Part shown: piece after piece, positions 18,932 to 28,088 of the stretch
Numbering within the stretch: the first letter of the stretch is position 1
How the letters are laid out: every line of letters begins with the position of its first letter
Assembly: GCA_903910645.1 (NCBI GenBank)
Contig: CAIWAD010000113.1
Location: forward strand, 45,564-109,563
DNA from: an uncultured bacterium
GTDB taxonomy: Bacteria > CAIWAD01
Direction of reading: 5' to 3'
Length of the DNA stretch: 64,000 bases
Program-made: the position numbers and the translations under genes
The notes under the pieces: generated by a model
Told to the model about the DNA's origin: nothing
What the model saw: the letters and a program-made list of their open reading frames with translations, nothing else
Database searches by the model: none

Positions 18932-19554
18932 GCGACACCACCCTGGCCCATGGTGCACATGCTCCGCACAAGGACTACGAAGGCGCAAAGACGGGCATGT
19001 GGATCTTCCTGTTCACGGAACTCCTGCTCTTCGGCGGCCTGTTCCTGGTGTACTCGGTCTATCGCACCCTGTACACCCATGACTTCCACCTGGCCGCCGG
19101 GCACCTGAATGTGCCACTGGGCGTCACCAACACCTTCGTGCTCCTCACCAGCAGCCTGACCATGGTGCTCTCCGTGACGGCCCTGCAAAAGGGTGACCGC
19201 CAGAGCGCCCTGAACACACTGGGCTGGACGCTCTTCCTGGCCGGGCTCTTCCTGGTGATCAAATTCTTCGAATGGAGCGCCAAGATCGAGCACGGCCTCT
19301 ACCCCGGCTCACCCGTGCTGAAGTCCCTGCCCGCCGGCGAGGGCCTCTTCTACGGCCTCTATTTCGTCATGACCGGTCTGCACGGCTTCCATGTCATTGT
19401 GGGAATGATCCTCCTGAGCGTCATCGCCTTCCAGGTGAAGAGCGGGCGCGTCCACCAGGGAGACTTCGTGAAGCTGGAGAACGCGGGCCTCTACTGGCAC
19501 CTGGTGGATCTGGTGTGGATCTTCCTTCTGCCTCTTTTCTACCTCACCAACTGA
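18928..19554 (+). CDS. ctaE: Cytochrome c oxidase subunit III
   Basis: Subunit III-like membrane protein. ATGA overlap with ctaD. Confidence 0.9.
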   Translation: MSDTTLAHGAHAPHKDYEGAKTGMWIFLFTELLLFGGLFLVYSVYRTLYTHDFHLAAGHLNVPLGVTNTFVLLTSSLTMVLSVTALQKGDRQSALNTLGWTLFLAGLFLVIKFFEWSAKIEHGLYPGSPVLKSLPAGEGLFYGLYFVMTGLHGFHVIVGMILLSVIAFQVKSGRVHQGDFVKLENAGLYWHLVDLVWIFLLPLFYLTN

Positions 19555-19880
19555 TGGACGGCACCATGCACGACAATACCCATGCACATGGGGACGGCCG
19601 CACCGCGGAGCACGCTCCCCAGCCTTACGGGCTCTTCATCAAGGTGTGGGCGGCGCTCATGCTGCTCACCTGCATCACCGTGGGCGCATCGGTGAACTGG
19701 CCGGGCGCCGTGGGCACCGCGGTGGCCATGGCCGTTACGCCGGTGAAGGCCAGCCTGGTCCTGCTCTTCTTCATGCATTTGAAGTGGGAGCCCCCGGTGT
19801 TCAAAATCATGTTCCTCACCGCCGTGGGGCTGATGGCCGTGTTCTTCGGCCTCAGCTTCTTCGACTATCTCTACCGTTAG
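19554..19880 (+). CDS. Cytochrome c oxidase subunit IV (prokaryotic small subunit)
   Basis: 108-aa three-TM protein with FFMHLKWE-type motif, translationally coupled (TGATG). Confidence 0.7.
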   Translation: MDGTMHDNTHAHGDGRTAEHAPQPYGLFIKVWAALMLLTCITVGASVNWPGAVGTAVAMAVTPVKASLVLLFFMHLKWEPPVFKIMFLTAVGLMAVFFGLSFFDYLYR

Positions 19881-19889
19881 GAGCTCGCC

Positions 19890-20783
19890 ATGCAAGGAGT
19901 TTCAAGCTATTCCGGCATTGTCGATGGCGCCTTCTGGTATATCCTGGGCATCTCGGCCGTGCTGCTTGTTGGCATCACCATCGTGATGATCTGGTTCGCC
20001 TTCCGTTACAGCGTGAAGCGCAATCCCAACCCGGCCCAGATCCACGGCAGCGTGGCGCTGGAGACCCTGTGGACGGTCATTCCCACGCTGCTCGTGCTCA
20101 GCATGTTCTGGTACGGCTGGACGGGCTTCAAGCGCATGCGGGATGTGCCCCAGGAAGCCATGCTGGTGAAGGTGACGGCCCGCATGTGGAGCTGGAGTTT
20201 CGAGTATCCGGATGGCCGCCGCAGCCAGGAGCTGGTGGTGCCCGTGGGCCGTCCCGTACGCCTGGAGCTGCTAAGCAAGGATGTGCTGCACAGCTTCTTC
20301 GTGCCTGCCTTCCGCCTGAAGGAGGACGCGGTGCCCGGGCGCACCAACCACGCCTGGTTCCAGGCGGACAAGGCCGGCTCCTACGATCTGCTGTGCGCCG
20401 AGTACTGCGGTGACCAGCACAGCAAAATGCTGGGCACGGTGCGCGTGCTGCCGGATGCGGACTACGCCACCTGGCAGGCCAATCCTCCCGCCATGGTGAC
20501 CGGTCCGGAGCTGCTGGCCGCCAAGGGTTGCACCACCTGCCACAGCCAGGACGGCAGCCGCATGGTGGGTCCCTCCTTCAAGGGCCTGATGGGGCGCAAG
20601 GAGATGGTGGTGCAGACGGATGGGGAGAGCGAAGTCACCGTGGATGAGGCCTATCTGCGCCGCAGCATCCTGGAGCCCAAGGCCCAGGTGGTGAAGGGCT
20701 TCGACCCGGTCATGCCCGAGCAGCGTGACCTGTTGAGCGACGAGGAGCTGGACGAGATCATCAAGGTCCTGCAGGGCCTCTAA
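19890..20783 (+). CDS. ctaC: Cytochrome c oxidase subunit II with a fused C-terminal cytochrome c domain (caa3-type)
   Basis: CuA site H-x34-CAEYCG-x2-H, plus a C-terminal CTTCH heme motif. Confidence 0.9.
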   Translation: MQGVSSYSGIVDGAFWYILGISAVLLVGITIVMIWFAFRYSVKRNPNPAQIHGSVALETLWTVIPTLLVLSMFWYGWTGFKRMRDVPQEAMLVKVTARMWSWSFEYPDGRRSQELVVPVGRPVRLELLSKDVLHSFFVPAFRLKEDAVPGRTNHAWFQADKAGSYDLLCAEYCGDQHSKMLGTVRVLPDADYATWQANPPAMVTGPELLAAKGCTTCHSQDGSRMVGPSFKGLMGRKEMVVQTDGESEVTVDEAYLRRSILEPKAQVVKGFDPVMPEQRDLLSDEELDEIIKVLQGL

Positions 20784-20931
20784 ATGTGGACAGGGCCCCT
20801 TCCGGCCCGCGCCGGGAGGGGCCCGCACTTCACAAGATCTGCCGGGTGGCATTTGCAGATCATGACAGGGGTCGGACGATTCGTGGACAGGCAAACCCAT
20901 GGGGAAGCGTCCACCAGCTTGAGGGAGCACC

Positions 20932-21819
20932 ATGAAGACGCTGCTTGAACTGATGAAGGTGAAAATCACCGCCGCCGTGACCTTCACCACCGCCGTGGGT
21001 TATGTGCTGGCCCGTGGCACTTTCGACGCTGATGTGGCGGCGCCTCTCCTGGGACTCTTCCTGCAGGCGGCGGGGGCGGCGGCCTTGAACCACGCCCAGG
21101 AGGCGGATGTGGACGCCCTGGTGCCGCGCACGGCCCAGCGCCCCATTCCCAGTGGCCGCATCAGCCGTGGGGGCGTGGTGCTGTGGGCCACCACGCTGCT
21201 CACCCTGGGAAGCGTGGTGTTGTGGATGGGCGCGGGTTGGCTGCCCATGGCCATTGGCCTGGTCACAGCCGTGCTTTACAACGGCATCTATACTCCGTTG
21301 AAACGGCGCACCCCCTTCGCCGTGCTGCCGGGCAGCTTCATTGGCGCCCTGCCGCCACTGGCAGGCTGGGTGGCCGGCGGCGGCTGGCTGCAGGATTTGA
21401 CCATCCATCAGGTGGCTTTCTTCTTCTTCATCTGGCAGGTGCCTCATTTCTGGCTCCTGTTGCTCTTCCACGAACGCGCTTATCGGGAAAACGGCCTGCC
21501 CAGTCTTTTTGACCGATTCGAGAAGCGCCAGATCCTGCGCCTGACCTTCGCCTGGACCAGCGCCACGGCCATTGCCGGCCTGATGATGCCCCTGTTTCGC
21601 GCCGTGCGCCACGATGTCACCGGTTGGCTGATTGCGCTGTCGGCCCTGCTGCTCATGGGAGCGGCGGCCCGCTGGCTGGGCGCCGGCTTCATGGCAAGCA
21701 CCACCGAGGCCGTGGCGGACGAACGGGGGCGCAAGGTGTTCATCCGCTGTTTTGCCGCGGTGAACAGCTATGCCTTGTTCGTGATGATCGCGCTGATTGT
21801 GGATCGCCTGTCGTCCTGA
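20932..21819 (+). CDS. ctaB: Protoheme IX farnesyltransferase (heme O synthase)
   Basis: UbiA-family polyprenyltransferase with an RPIPSGRIS-type motif. Confidence 0.9.
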   Translation: MKTLLELMKVKITAAVTFTTAVGYVLARGTFDADVAAPLLGLFLQAAGAAALNHAQEADVDALVPRTAQRPIPSGRISRGGVVLWATTLLTLGSVVLWMGAGWLPMAIGLVTAVLYNGIYTPLKRRTPFAVLPGSFIGALPPLAGWVAGGGWLQDLTIHQVAFFFFIWQVPHFWLLLLFHERAYRENGLPSLFDRFEKRQILRLTFAWTSATAIAGLMMPLFRAVRHDVTGWLIALSALLLMGAAARWLGAGFMASTTEAVADERGRKVFIRCFAAVNSYALFVMIALIVDRLSS

Positions 21820-22044
21820 TTCACCCATAGGCAAAACAGCTCTCGTCTCGAGTCTCGAACTCCATCTCAGCGCAGCGCTTCTCCTGCCCTGCACCCTGTC
21901 CTTCCAGCGAAAGCTGGGATCTGGAGTCAGCCTGGATTCCCGTTTTCGCGGGAATGACAGGTCCGTGTTCCGCTACTATGTGCAGCAACGCTCCTGCACC
22001 GAGCCGAACATCAAAACCCTGCCGGGCCGATCCTGCCACCAAGA

Positions 22045-22071
22045 GCAAGGGCCCCACGCGGGGGCCCTTGC
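22045..22071. other. GC-rich stem-loop in the convergent intergenic region (no U-tract)
   Basis: GCAAGGGCCCC-ACGCG-GGGGCCCTTGC. Confidence 0.4.
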
Positions 22072-22094
22072 AGCAATGCCTGGTTTGAGGGGGA

Positions 22095-23333
22095 TCAGTT
22101 GGTGATCCGGCAAGTACGGAAGCCAAAGTCCGACATCTGATTTGTTTGGCCATTTGGAGCACGCCACACACTGGGCAACCAGGTATTGTCGCGCTGCCAA
22201 CTGCCATTCTTGGCTACGCGGCTGGTGCTCACCGTGGTGGGCCCAACGGGGTTGGTGCGTGGCTGGTTTGGCAGGGAACTTGCGTAGTAGTCGTTGGTGA
22301 ATTCCCCCACATTTCCGCCCATGTCCTGCAGGCCCTGAGCCGTGTTGCCAAACGGATGGCTACCCACAGCGCTGGTCCAACCCACGCAATAGCCTCCGCG
22401 GTTGTAGTTGGCTTCCGTGCATGTGGGCGAGCTGTTACCCCATGGATAGGTGGTGTCACCATTCATGCAAGCCGCATATTCCCATTCCGCTTCCGTTGGC
22501 AAGCGATAGCCAGTGGCCAAATAGGGGTTGTTGACAGACGGATCCATGGCCCAGTTGCCATTGTAAAAGGGAACCAAGCCTTCCATCATGCTGCGCCAAT
22601 CGCAATAGCACGCGGCACCATACCAGCTTACCATCTTGGCCGGATGGACATTGGCGTCGTAGCCACCAGGATAGGCGAAGCCTGGACCAAATGTACCACC
22701 ATTGTAGGTTGAACTCTGCACATAGAATAGCCCTGTGGTGGAGTTGTATCTGATTTCCAGATAATTTATTCCAGATACATAGACCAGTTTGACACCGTAA
22801 GCATACACATTGCTAGTTCCATAAACCGCATCATAGACAACAGTAATCAGGCCTTCAGCTTTTGCCCAGTTCAGGGCTTCCACATACTCGGCATTGGTTA
22901 CTTCGTGTTGACCCAAACAATAGTTGTGCGTTAAAGTGACTTGATTCATAACACCATTGCCCATGTAGAAGGAACCGGCTTGCAGGCCCACCATGCCCAC
23001 GGGTGTGGTTGAATACTCCAGATTCACGCGGAACATGGCGCTGTCCACGCTGATGGGCGAGCTTGTGCCCATGGCGTACACCACGCTGTGCGCGCCCGCG
23101 GCAACACTTCCCACATCGCCGCTCAGCTGCGCCGTGGGGACACTGGTCCAGTTGGTGCCGCCGTCCAGGCTGCGCTCCACCGTCACCGTGCCCGCCGTGT
23201 CCGTGCTGTAGCTGATATCCACCAGGCCCGTGCCATCCGTGCGCTGGGCGAAGCTGACACCCGACACTGTTGCGGCAAGGGCGCTGCCAGCCACCAGGGC
23301 GCCCATCAGGCTGGTCATCAAAGTCTTGTTCAT
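22095..23333 (-). CDS. Secreted protein with a C-terminal FGE-sulfatase (SUMF1/formylglycine-generating-enzyme family) domain
   Basis: Signal peptide MNKTLMTSLMGALVAGSALAA. C-terminal motifs RLPTEAEWEYAA, GNVGEF, KNGSW typical of the FGE-sulfatase fold. AAGGAG RBS. Confidence 0.8.
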   Translation of the reverse strand: MNKTLMTSLMGALVAGSALAATVSGVSFAQRTDGTGLVDISYSTDTAGTVTVERSLDGGTNWTSVPTAQLSGDVGSVAAGAHSVVYAMGTSSPISVDSAMFRVNLEYSTTPVGMVGLQAGSFYMGNGVMNQVTLTHNYCLGQHEVTNAEYVEALNWAKAEGLITVVYDAVYGTSNVYAYGVKLVYVSGINYLEIRYNSTTGLFYVQSSTYNGGTFGPGFAYPGGYDANVHPAKMVSWYGAACYCDWRSMMEGLVPFYNGNWAMDPSVNNPYLATGYRLPTEAEWEYAACMNGDTTYPWGNSSPTCTEANYNRGGYCVGWTSAVGSHPFGNTAQGLQDMGGNVGEFTNDYYASSLPNQPRTNPVGPTTVSTSRVAKNGSWQRDNTWLPSVWRAPNGQTNQMSDFGFRTCRITN

Positions 23334-23344
23334 CAGGATGCTCC

Positions 23345-24313
23345 TTACTTGCTCAACATGAGCTTCTGCGCCTGCTGGCGCCCCGCCGCCTCCAGCACCG
23401 CGATGTACACGCCGCTGGACCACTGGCTGCCATCCACCTGCACCTCGTGGGTGCCGGCTTCCACCAAACCCGTCACCAGGGTGGCCTGCAAGGCGCCCTT
23501 CAGGTCGTAGACCTTCAGGCTGGCCTCGCCCAGCTCATCCATGCTGTAGCGCAGCGTGCAGGAGGGGTTGAAGGGATTCGGGTAGGGATTGGACAGGGCG
23601 AAGGTGGTGGCCAGCTCGCCAGCGTCCACCATGTCGTTCACCTGGCAGATCACCGTGCCGTGGGAGCTGACGATGGAGCACTGGGTCTGGCCGCTGTGAT
23701 CGCCTTCAAAGGTCACCGTCACCGTGACGCTCTCGCCCTGGGCCAGTTCATAGCTCGCGGGGCTGACGCTGAAGGTGCCGCACTCTTCGCTGATGGTGCC
23801 GGCAAGGCTCGTGGGGCAGGTGCCGGTGGAGGTGTTGTGGATGGTGAAGCTGCGCGTCACGGGCCCCATCAGGTTCACCGTGCCGAAGTCCAGCAGCTCC
23901 GCATCCAGGGCCGTGCTTTCCACACAGGCGGGAGGCAGCACAACGACGGGTCCAAGCACGGTGGCGGCGTTGCCGTAGGCATCCAGGGCCGCCACGCGCA
24001 AGGTGTAAAGACCGGTCTCCCCTTCCGTCCAGCTCACCGCGTCCGAGAAAGCGAAGGCCGTGCCCAACACAATCTCATCCACGCTATCGTCCAGCGCCCA
24101 CACGGCACGCACGGCGCCGGGATGTGCATCCGCCGCCACCCAAGAGGCGGACAACAGGGCCGGGGTGTGTCCCAGGGTGGGGAAATCCACGCTGGTGAAT
24201 GTGGGCGGGGTTGTGTCCAGGACGCCCAGGGCACTGGTGCCGGACACCACTGCGGCGAACACCGCGGGGCCTACAGCCAGGCCTGCGCACAGAGCAAGCA
24301 GTCGACGCTTCAT
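23345..24313 (-). CDS. Secreted protein with a T9SS (Por) C-terminal sorting domain
   Basis: Signal peptide, and a C-terminal ~80 aa ending ...SNPYPNPFNPSCTLRYSM...KVYDLKGALQATL...GVYIAVLEA... typical of the T9SS CTD. It sits just upstream of the FGE-family gene in the same orientation. Confidence 0.7.
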   Translation of the reverse strand: MKRRLLALCAGLAVGPAVFAAVVSGTSALGVLDTTPPTFTSVDFPTLGHTPALLSASWVAADAHPGAVRAVWALDDSVDEIVLGTAFAFSDAVSWTEGETGLYTLRVAALDAYGNAATVLGPVVVLPPACVESTALDAELLDFGTVNLMGPVTRSFTIHNTSTGTCPTSLAGTISEECGTFSVSPASYELAQGESVTVTVTFEGDHSGQTQCSIVSSHGTVICQVNDMVDAGELATTFALSNPYPNPFNPSCTLRYSMDELGEASLKVYDLKGALQATLVTGLVEAGTHEVQVDGSQWSSGVYIAVLEAAGRQQAQKLMLSK

Positions 24314-24460
24314 GCCGATTCTCCTTCAAACGATGTTGTGCTTCACGGCCAAGGGCACCCGGCCGTTGGGGGGTCAACAGAGGCCTGGCCGATGACGACA
24401 CTCATCGTCACTTCACAAGTTCAGATTGAGGGGTTCTCGGCTTCAGGGCGCGAAAAGGAG

Positions 24461-24477
24461 TTGCAAGAGTTGTGCCA
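24461..24477 (-). promoter_or_regulatory. Sigma54 (-24/-12) promoter, exact consensus, oriented toward the T9SS-cargo/FGE operon
   Basis: Minus-strand reading TGGCAC-AACTC-TTGCA. It lies ~150 nt upstream of the ATG at 24313. Confidence 0.5.
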
Positions 24478-24757
24478 TTCCTGGCATGGCCACATCAACC
24501 GTTGTGCATCAACAGCTTTCTCTCGAAGTTCTATTCACTTTTAGTTCAAATTCAATGTGCTGATGTTCGTTTTCCGGCACACCTGTCGGATTTGAAACAC
24601 TTTGGGTGGCCGCACTCCATGGTGTCGGCAGCTTTCCCGTCCCAAGCCCTGTCATCCCAGTGAAAGCAGGGATCTCCATTTCAAGCTGTCCTCTTGTTAT
24701 GACAATACAATGGCTTGGGCCGCTGATTGTCAGTGGAGCAGCTTTGAGCTGATGACA

Positions 24758-25060
24758 CACCGCACCGGCACCACACCGGCACCGCACCGGCACCACACCG
24801 GCACCACACCGGCACCACACCGGCACCGCACCGGCACCACACCGGCACCACACCGGCACCGCACCGGCACCGCACCGGCACCACACCGGCACCGCACCGG
24901 CACCGCACCGGCACCGCACCGGCACCACACCGGCACCGCACCGGCACCACACTGGCACCACACCGGCACCGCACCGGCACCACACCGGCACCGCACCGGC
25001 ACCACACTGGCACCACACCGGCACCGCACCGGCACCACACCGGCACCACACCGGCACCAC
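24758..25060. repeat. Tandem repeat of a 12-bp unit CACCGGCACC(A/G)C, ~25 copies (two CACTGGCACCAC variants)
   Basis: Read directly from the sequence. It lies in the divergent intergenic region between the 24313(-) and 25147(+) genes. The ORFs spanning it on both strands are periodic artefacts. Confidence 0.85.
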
Positions 25061-25146
25061 GCTTCCATGAGAGGTCCTTTGTGGGAGGGAGTATCCATCC
25101 GCTGCAGGCTTGGTATCTTGCAACCTGTCAAGCCGGAGATTCCCCC

Positions 25147-25689
25147 ATGTTTGAAAGCTACACCGCTTGGGTTCGCGAGCTTCCTTTCACCAGTGCCTTT
25201 GTTCAATTCGCGGTGTTGGGAACCCTGGGCGAGCTGCTGCCCTGGTGGTTGAAGCATCGCCGCACCCTGCCCTGCACACGCACGCAGTTCATGGGAAAAG
25301 TACTGGGATGGGGGCTGTTGGGCCTGCTCATCAAGCTGGGCTTCCTGATGATGAAGGGCGCCACCACAGCGACCATTGACCATGGTCTCCTGCCGGAGAG
25401 CTTCCGCCAGGGTTTGGGCTGGGCATTCTCCGTAAGCGTGCTCACCAATCTGTTCTTTGGGCCGCAAATGATGTTCGGCCATCGTCTATGGGACAATGTG
25501 ATCCTGCGTCAGCGCAATTGGATTGGCCTGGAAAAGGCATGGTGGACCCTCATCTGGTTCTGGATCCCCGCCCACACCCTCACCTTTTCCCTGCCACCGG
25601 ACTATCAGATTGGTCTGGCCGCCTTGTGGAGCATTGTGCTGGGCGTCATCCTGGGATTCACCACGCGCAAGGGCAAGGCCGCAGCCTGA
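25147..25689 (+). CDS. Hypothetical integral membrane protein
   Basis: About 180 aa with 4-5 hydrophobic segments. The family is not recognised. Confidence 0.45.
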   Translation: MFESYTAWVRELPFTSAFVQFAVLGTLGELLPWWLKHRRTLPCTRTQFMGKVLGWGLLGLLIKLGFLMMKGATTATIDHGLLPESFRQGLGWAFSVSVLTNLFFGPQMMFGHRLWDNVILRQRNWIGLEKAWWTLIWFWIPAHTLTFSLPPDYQIGLAALWSIVLGVILGFTTRKGKAAA

Positions 25690-25731
25690 TTCCTGAACCC
25701 CTTGCTGCTTCCCTGCCCCGGAAGCCGACCC

Positions 25732-25766
25732 AAAAAAGGAAGGCCCGCCAAAAGCGGGCCTTTGTC
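25732..25766. terminator. Bidirectional rho-independent terminator
   Basis: AAAAAA-AGGCCCGC-CAAAA-GCGGGCCT-TTT. Confidence 0.65.
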
Positions 25767-25915
25767 GCCATTGAAATCAGAAGCTGCCAGTGACGATCCC
25801 CGCCGCCGCCCGGAAATCCACCACCACGGGGACTCCCGGGCTTGGGCTGGAACGCAATCACTTTCAGTTTGCGTCCCCTGAAGTCCTTGCCAAGGGTCGT
25901 TCAATGGCCACGCGA

Positions 25916-26518
25916 TTACACAACGGGGGCTGGCGGCGCAGCGCCCCGACCGCCAGCGGCTCCGCCATTGCAGCTGTTCATGGCCTCACGCAGGCCCTTG
26001 CGCAGCCACAGGCGCACGCCACCTTCCGCACGCTCCAGCATGTCACCCACATCCGGGCGCAGCGCCTCTGGCATGGGGGCCAGCACAAAACTCTTCAATT
26101 GGGCGCCGGGCACGGGATGCAGGGGGCGAAAGCCCAGGCGCAGGCGGGGGACCTGCGTTCCCAGGTGCTGCACCACATGGCTCATGCCATTGTGATTGCC
26201 GCCGCTGCCGGATTCGCGGAATCGGATTTCACCCAGGGGCAGGTCTATGTCATCGAAAGCCACAAGCACTTCTTGGACGTCAACCTTGTAGAAGCGGCTC
26301 ACCTCCGCCACGGCCTGGCCGGAGAGATTCATGAAAGTGGTGGGCTTCACCAGCACGGTGTCCTCACCCTCCAGCCGCAGGCGGGCTTCCAGGTAGGAAC
26401 CCCGGCCGCTGCGGAAGGGTGAATTGCCGGCGAGCCGGTCCACAAGGAGAAATCCCAGGTTGTGCCACGTGTTACGGTAGCGCTCCCCGGGATTCCCCAA
26501 GCCACATATGATGCGCAT
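25916..26518 (-). CDS. pth: Peptidyl-tRNA hydrolase
   Basis: MRIICGLGNPG...HNLGF...NHNG motifs. Confidence 0.9.
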   Translation of the reverse strand: MRIICGLGNPGERYRNTWHNLGFLLVDRLAGNSPFRSGRGSYLEARLRLEGEDTVLVKPTTFMNLSGQAVAEVSRFYKVDVQEVLVAFDDIDLPLGEIRFRESGSGGNHNGMSHVVQHLGTQVPRLRLGFRPLHPVPGAQLKSFVLAPMPEALRPDVGDMLERAEGGVRLWLRKGLREAMNSCNGGAAGGRGAAPPAPVV

Positions 26519-26527
26519 CAGACGGGC

Positions 26528-27076
26528 TTACTTGAGGCGGGCCTTGGTGATCTGGACAACGGCCACGTGGTCCGGATTCAACAGGCGGATGGCATCGGTG
26601 TGGAGGTCCTTCACCAGCAGGTTGCGACCCGCCTCCAGCTCCGTCACATCAATGTCAAAGAAGTCCGGCAGCGTACCGGCCGTGCAGCTCACCTTCACCT
26701 TGCCCATGAGACGGCGCAGCTGGCCACCCTGCTTCACGCCCACGGGATTGCCCAGGAGGCGCACGGGCAGATCGGTGTTAATCTTCTGGTCCGGGCTGAC
26801 CACCAGGAAGTCCACATGCAGCACTTCCTCGCTCACCGGGTGGCGCTGGATGTCGCGGATCAGGCAGGTCAGGGCCTTGCCATCCGCATGAAGGTCCACC
26901 ATGCGGGCATGCTTGGCAAGGGCCATTTCCAGGTCGTGAGCTTTCACGGACAAGTGCAGGGTCTCCTGCTTCTGTCCATAGACCACCACCGGCACCATGT
27001 TGCCGCGACGGGTTGTACGGGCGCCGCCCTTGCCAAGGCGTTCGCGGGGTTGGGCGTCAAGGGTGAATGCACCCAT
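26528..27076 (-). CDS. rplY: Ribosomal protein L25/general stress protein Ctc
   Basis: L25/Ctc family similarity, in the conserved position between prs and pth. Confidence 0.9.
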   Translation of the reverse strand: MGAFTLDAQPRERLGKGGARTTRRGNMVPVVVYGQKQETLHLSVKAHDLEMALAKHARMVDLHADGKALTCLIRDIQRHPVSEEVLHVDFLVVSPDQKINTDLPVRLLGNPVGVKQGGQLRRLMGKVKVSCTAGTLPDFFDIDVTELEAGRNLLVKDLHTDAIRLLNPDHVAVVQITKARLK

Positions 27077-27104
27077 GGTTCAATCTCCTGATTTGTTGGT
27101 CTTC

Positions 27105-28037
27105 TCAGCCGAACAGTGTCGCTATGGACTGTTCGTCGTGGATCATACGCACGGCCTCGGCGAAGATGGGCGCCACGCTCAGCACGCGCAAACGCTCCAC
27201 GCCAAGATCCTCCCGGTATGGGATGGTGTCCGTGACGATCAATTCCTTCAAGGGAGCCGCGTTGATGCGCTCCACAGCCTGCCCCGAGAGCAGGGCGTGG
27301 GTGCACACGCAGGTGACGCTAAGCGCGCCCAGGTCCATGGCCACTTTCACGCTCTGGGTCATGGTGCCCGCCGTGTCCGCCATGTCATCCACAATGATCA
27401 CATTGCGGTCCCGCACCTCGCCAATAAGATTCATCACCTCAGCCACATTGGCGCGGGGGCGACGCTTGTCCACAATGGCCAGATCCGCACCCAGACGCTT
27501 GGCGTAACTGCGCGCCATTTTCACGGAACCAATGTCCGGTGCCAGCACCGTGGGGACATCCAGGCCAAGGGTTTCCAGATAAGGCAAGAGCACGGCACGA
27601 CCATAAAGATGGTCGAAAGGGATGTTGAAGAAGCCCTGAATCTGGTCCGCGTGCAGATCCATGGTCAGCACGCGATCCGCTCCGGCGGTGGTGAGCAGGT
27701 CCGCCACCAGCTTGGCGGCGATGCTCACACGGGGCTGGTCCTTGCGGTCCTGCCGGGCGTAGCCGAAGTAGGGAATGACGCAGGTGATGCGCCGGGCACT
27801 GGCGCGCTTGGCGGCATCCATCATGAGCAGGAGCTGCATGAGGTTGTCCGCTGGAGCCACCGTGGACTGCACCAGGAAGACATCCTTTCCCCGGATGTTC
27901 TCCTGGTACTTCACATACAACTCACCATCTGAGAAACGACGAAGATCGACCTCGCCCAGGGGAATACCCAGGCTTTCGGCGATGTTTGTCGCCAGGCGGC
28001 GGGAGATGTCGCCGGCGAAGATGCGAAGCTCCGTCAC
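27105..28037 (-). CDS. prs: Ribose-phosphate pyrophosphokinase
   Basis: PRPP synthetase motifs (DLHADQIQGFF, VDDMADTAGT). GTG start. Confidence 0.95.
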   Translation of the reverse strand: MTELRIFAGDISRRLATNIAESLGIPLGEVDLRRFSDGELYVKYQENIRGKDVFLVQSTVAPADNLMQLLLMMDAAKRASARRITCVIPYFGYARQDRKDQPRVSIAAKLVADLLTTAGADRVLTMDLHADQIQGFFNIPFDHLYGRAVLLPYLETLGLDVPTVLAPDIGSVKMARSYAKRLGADLAIVDKRRPRANVAEVMNLIGEVRDRNVIIVDDMADTAGTMTQSVKVAMDLGALSVTCVCTHALLSGQAVERINAAPLKELIVTDTIPYREDLGVERLRVLSVAPIFAEAVRMIHDEQSIATLFG

Positions 28038-28088
28038 GGCTGTTGGCCCTCGTCTTCATGGGGGTCCGACCTGCGGTTCCCCAAGCCC

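Noticed and set aside
14314-18988. Very long minus-strand ORFs (634 aa, 616 aa) across actF/cytochrome c and ctaD
   Set aside because: Antisense to clearly identifiable respiratory genes; His/Gly/Ala-rich GC-shadow translations.
21797-22207. Small ORFs in the ctaB/FGE convergent gap
   Set aside because: Overlapping, no RBS, and the region is dominated by hairpins; treated as structured intergenic DNA.
25096-25122. Sigma54 promoter upstream of the 25147 membrane-protein gene
   Set aside because: GGC and TTGCA are present but the spacing is GG-N11-GC, one nt too long, so it is reported only as weak within the repeat finding.
24509-25482. ORFs on both strands reading through the 12-bp tandem repeat (e.g. 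[10 protein letters not shown]… / [10 protein letters not shown]…)
   Set aside because: The 12-nt period preserves frame, so any frame stays open. They overlap the real 25147(+) gene and lack starts or RBS, so they are treated as non-coding repeat.
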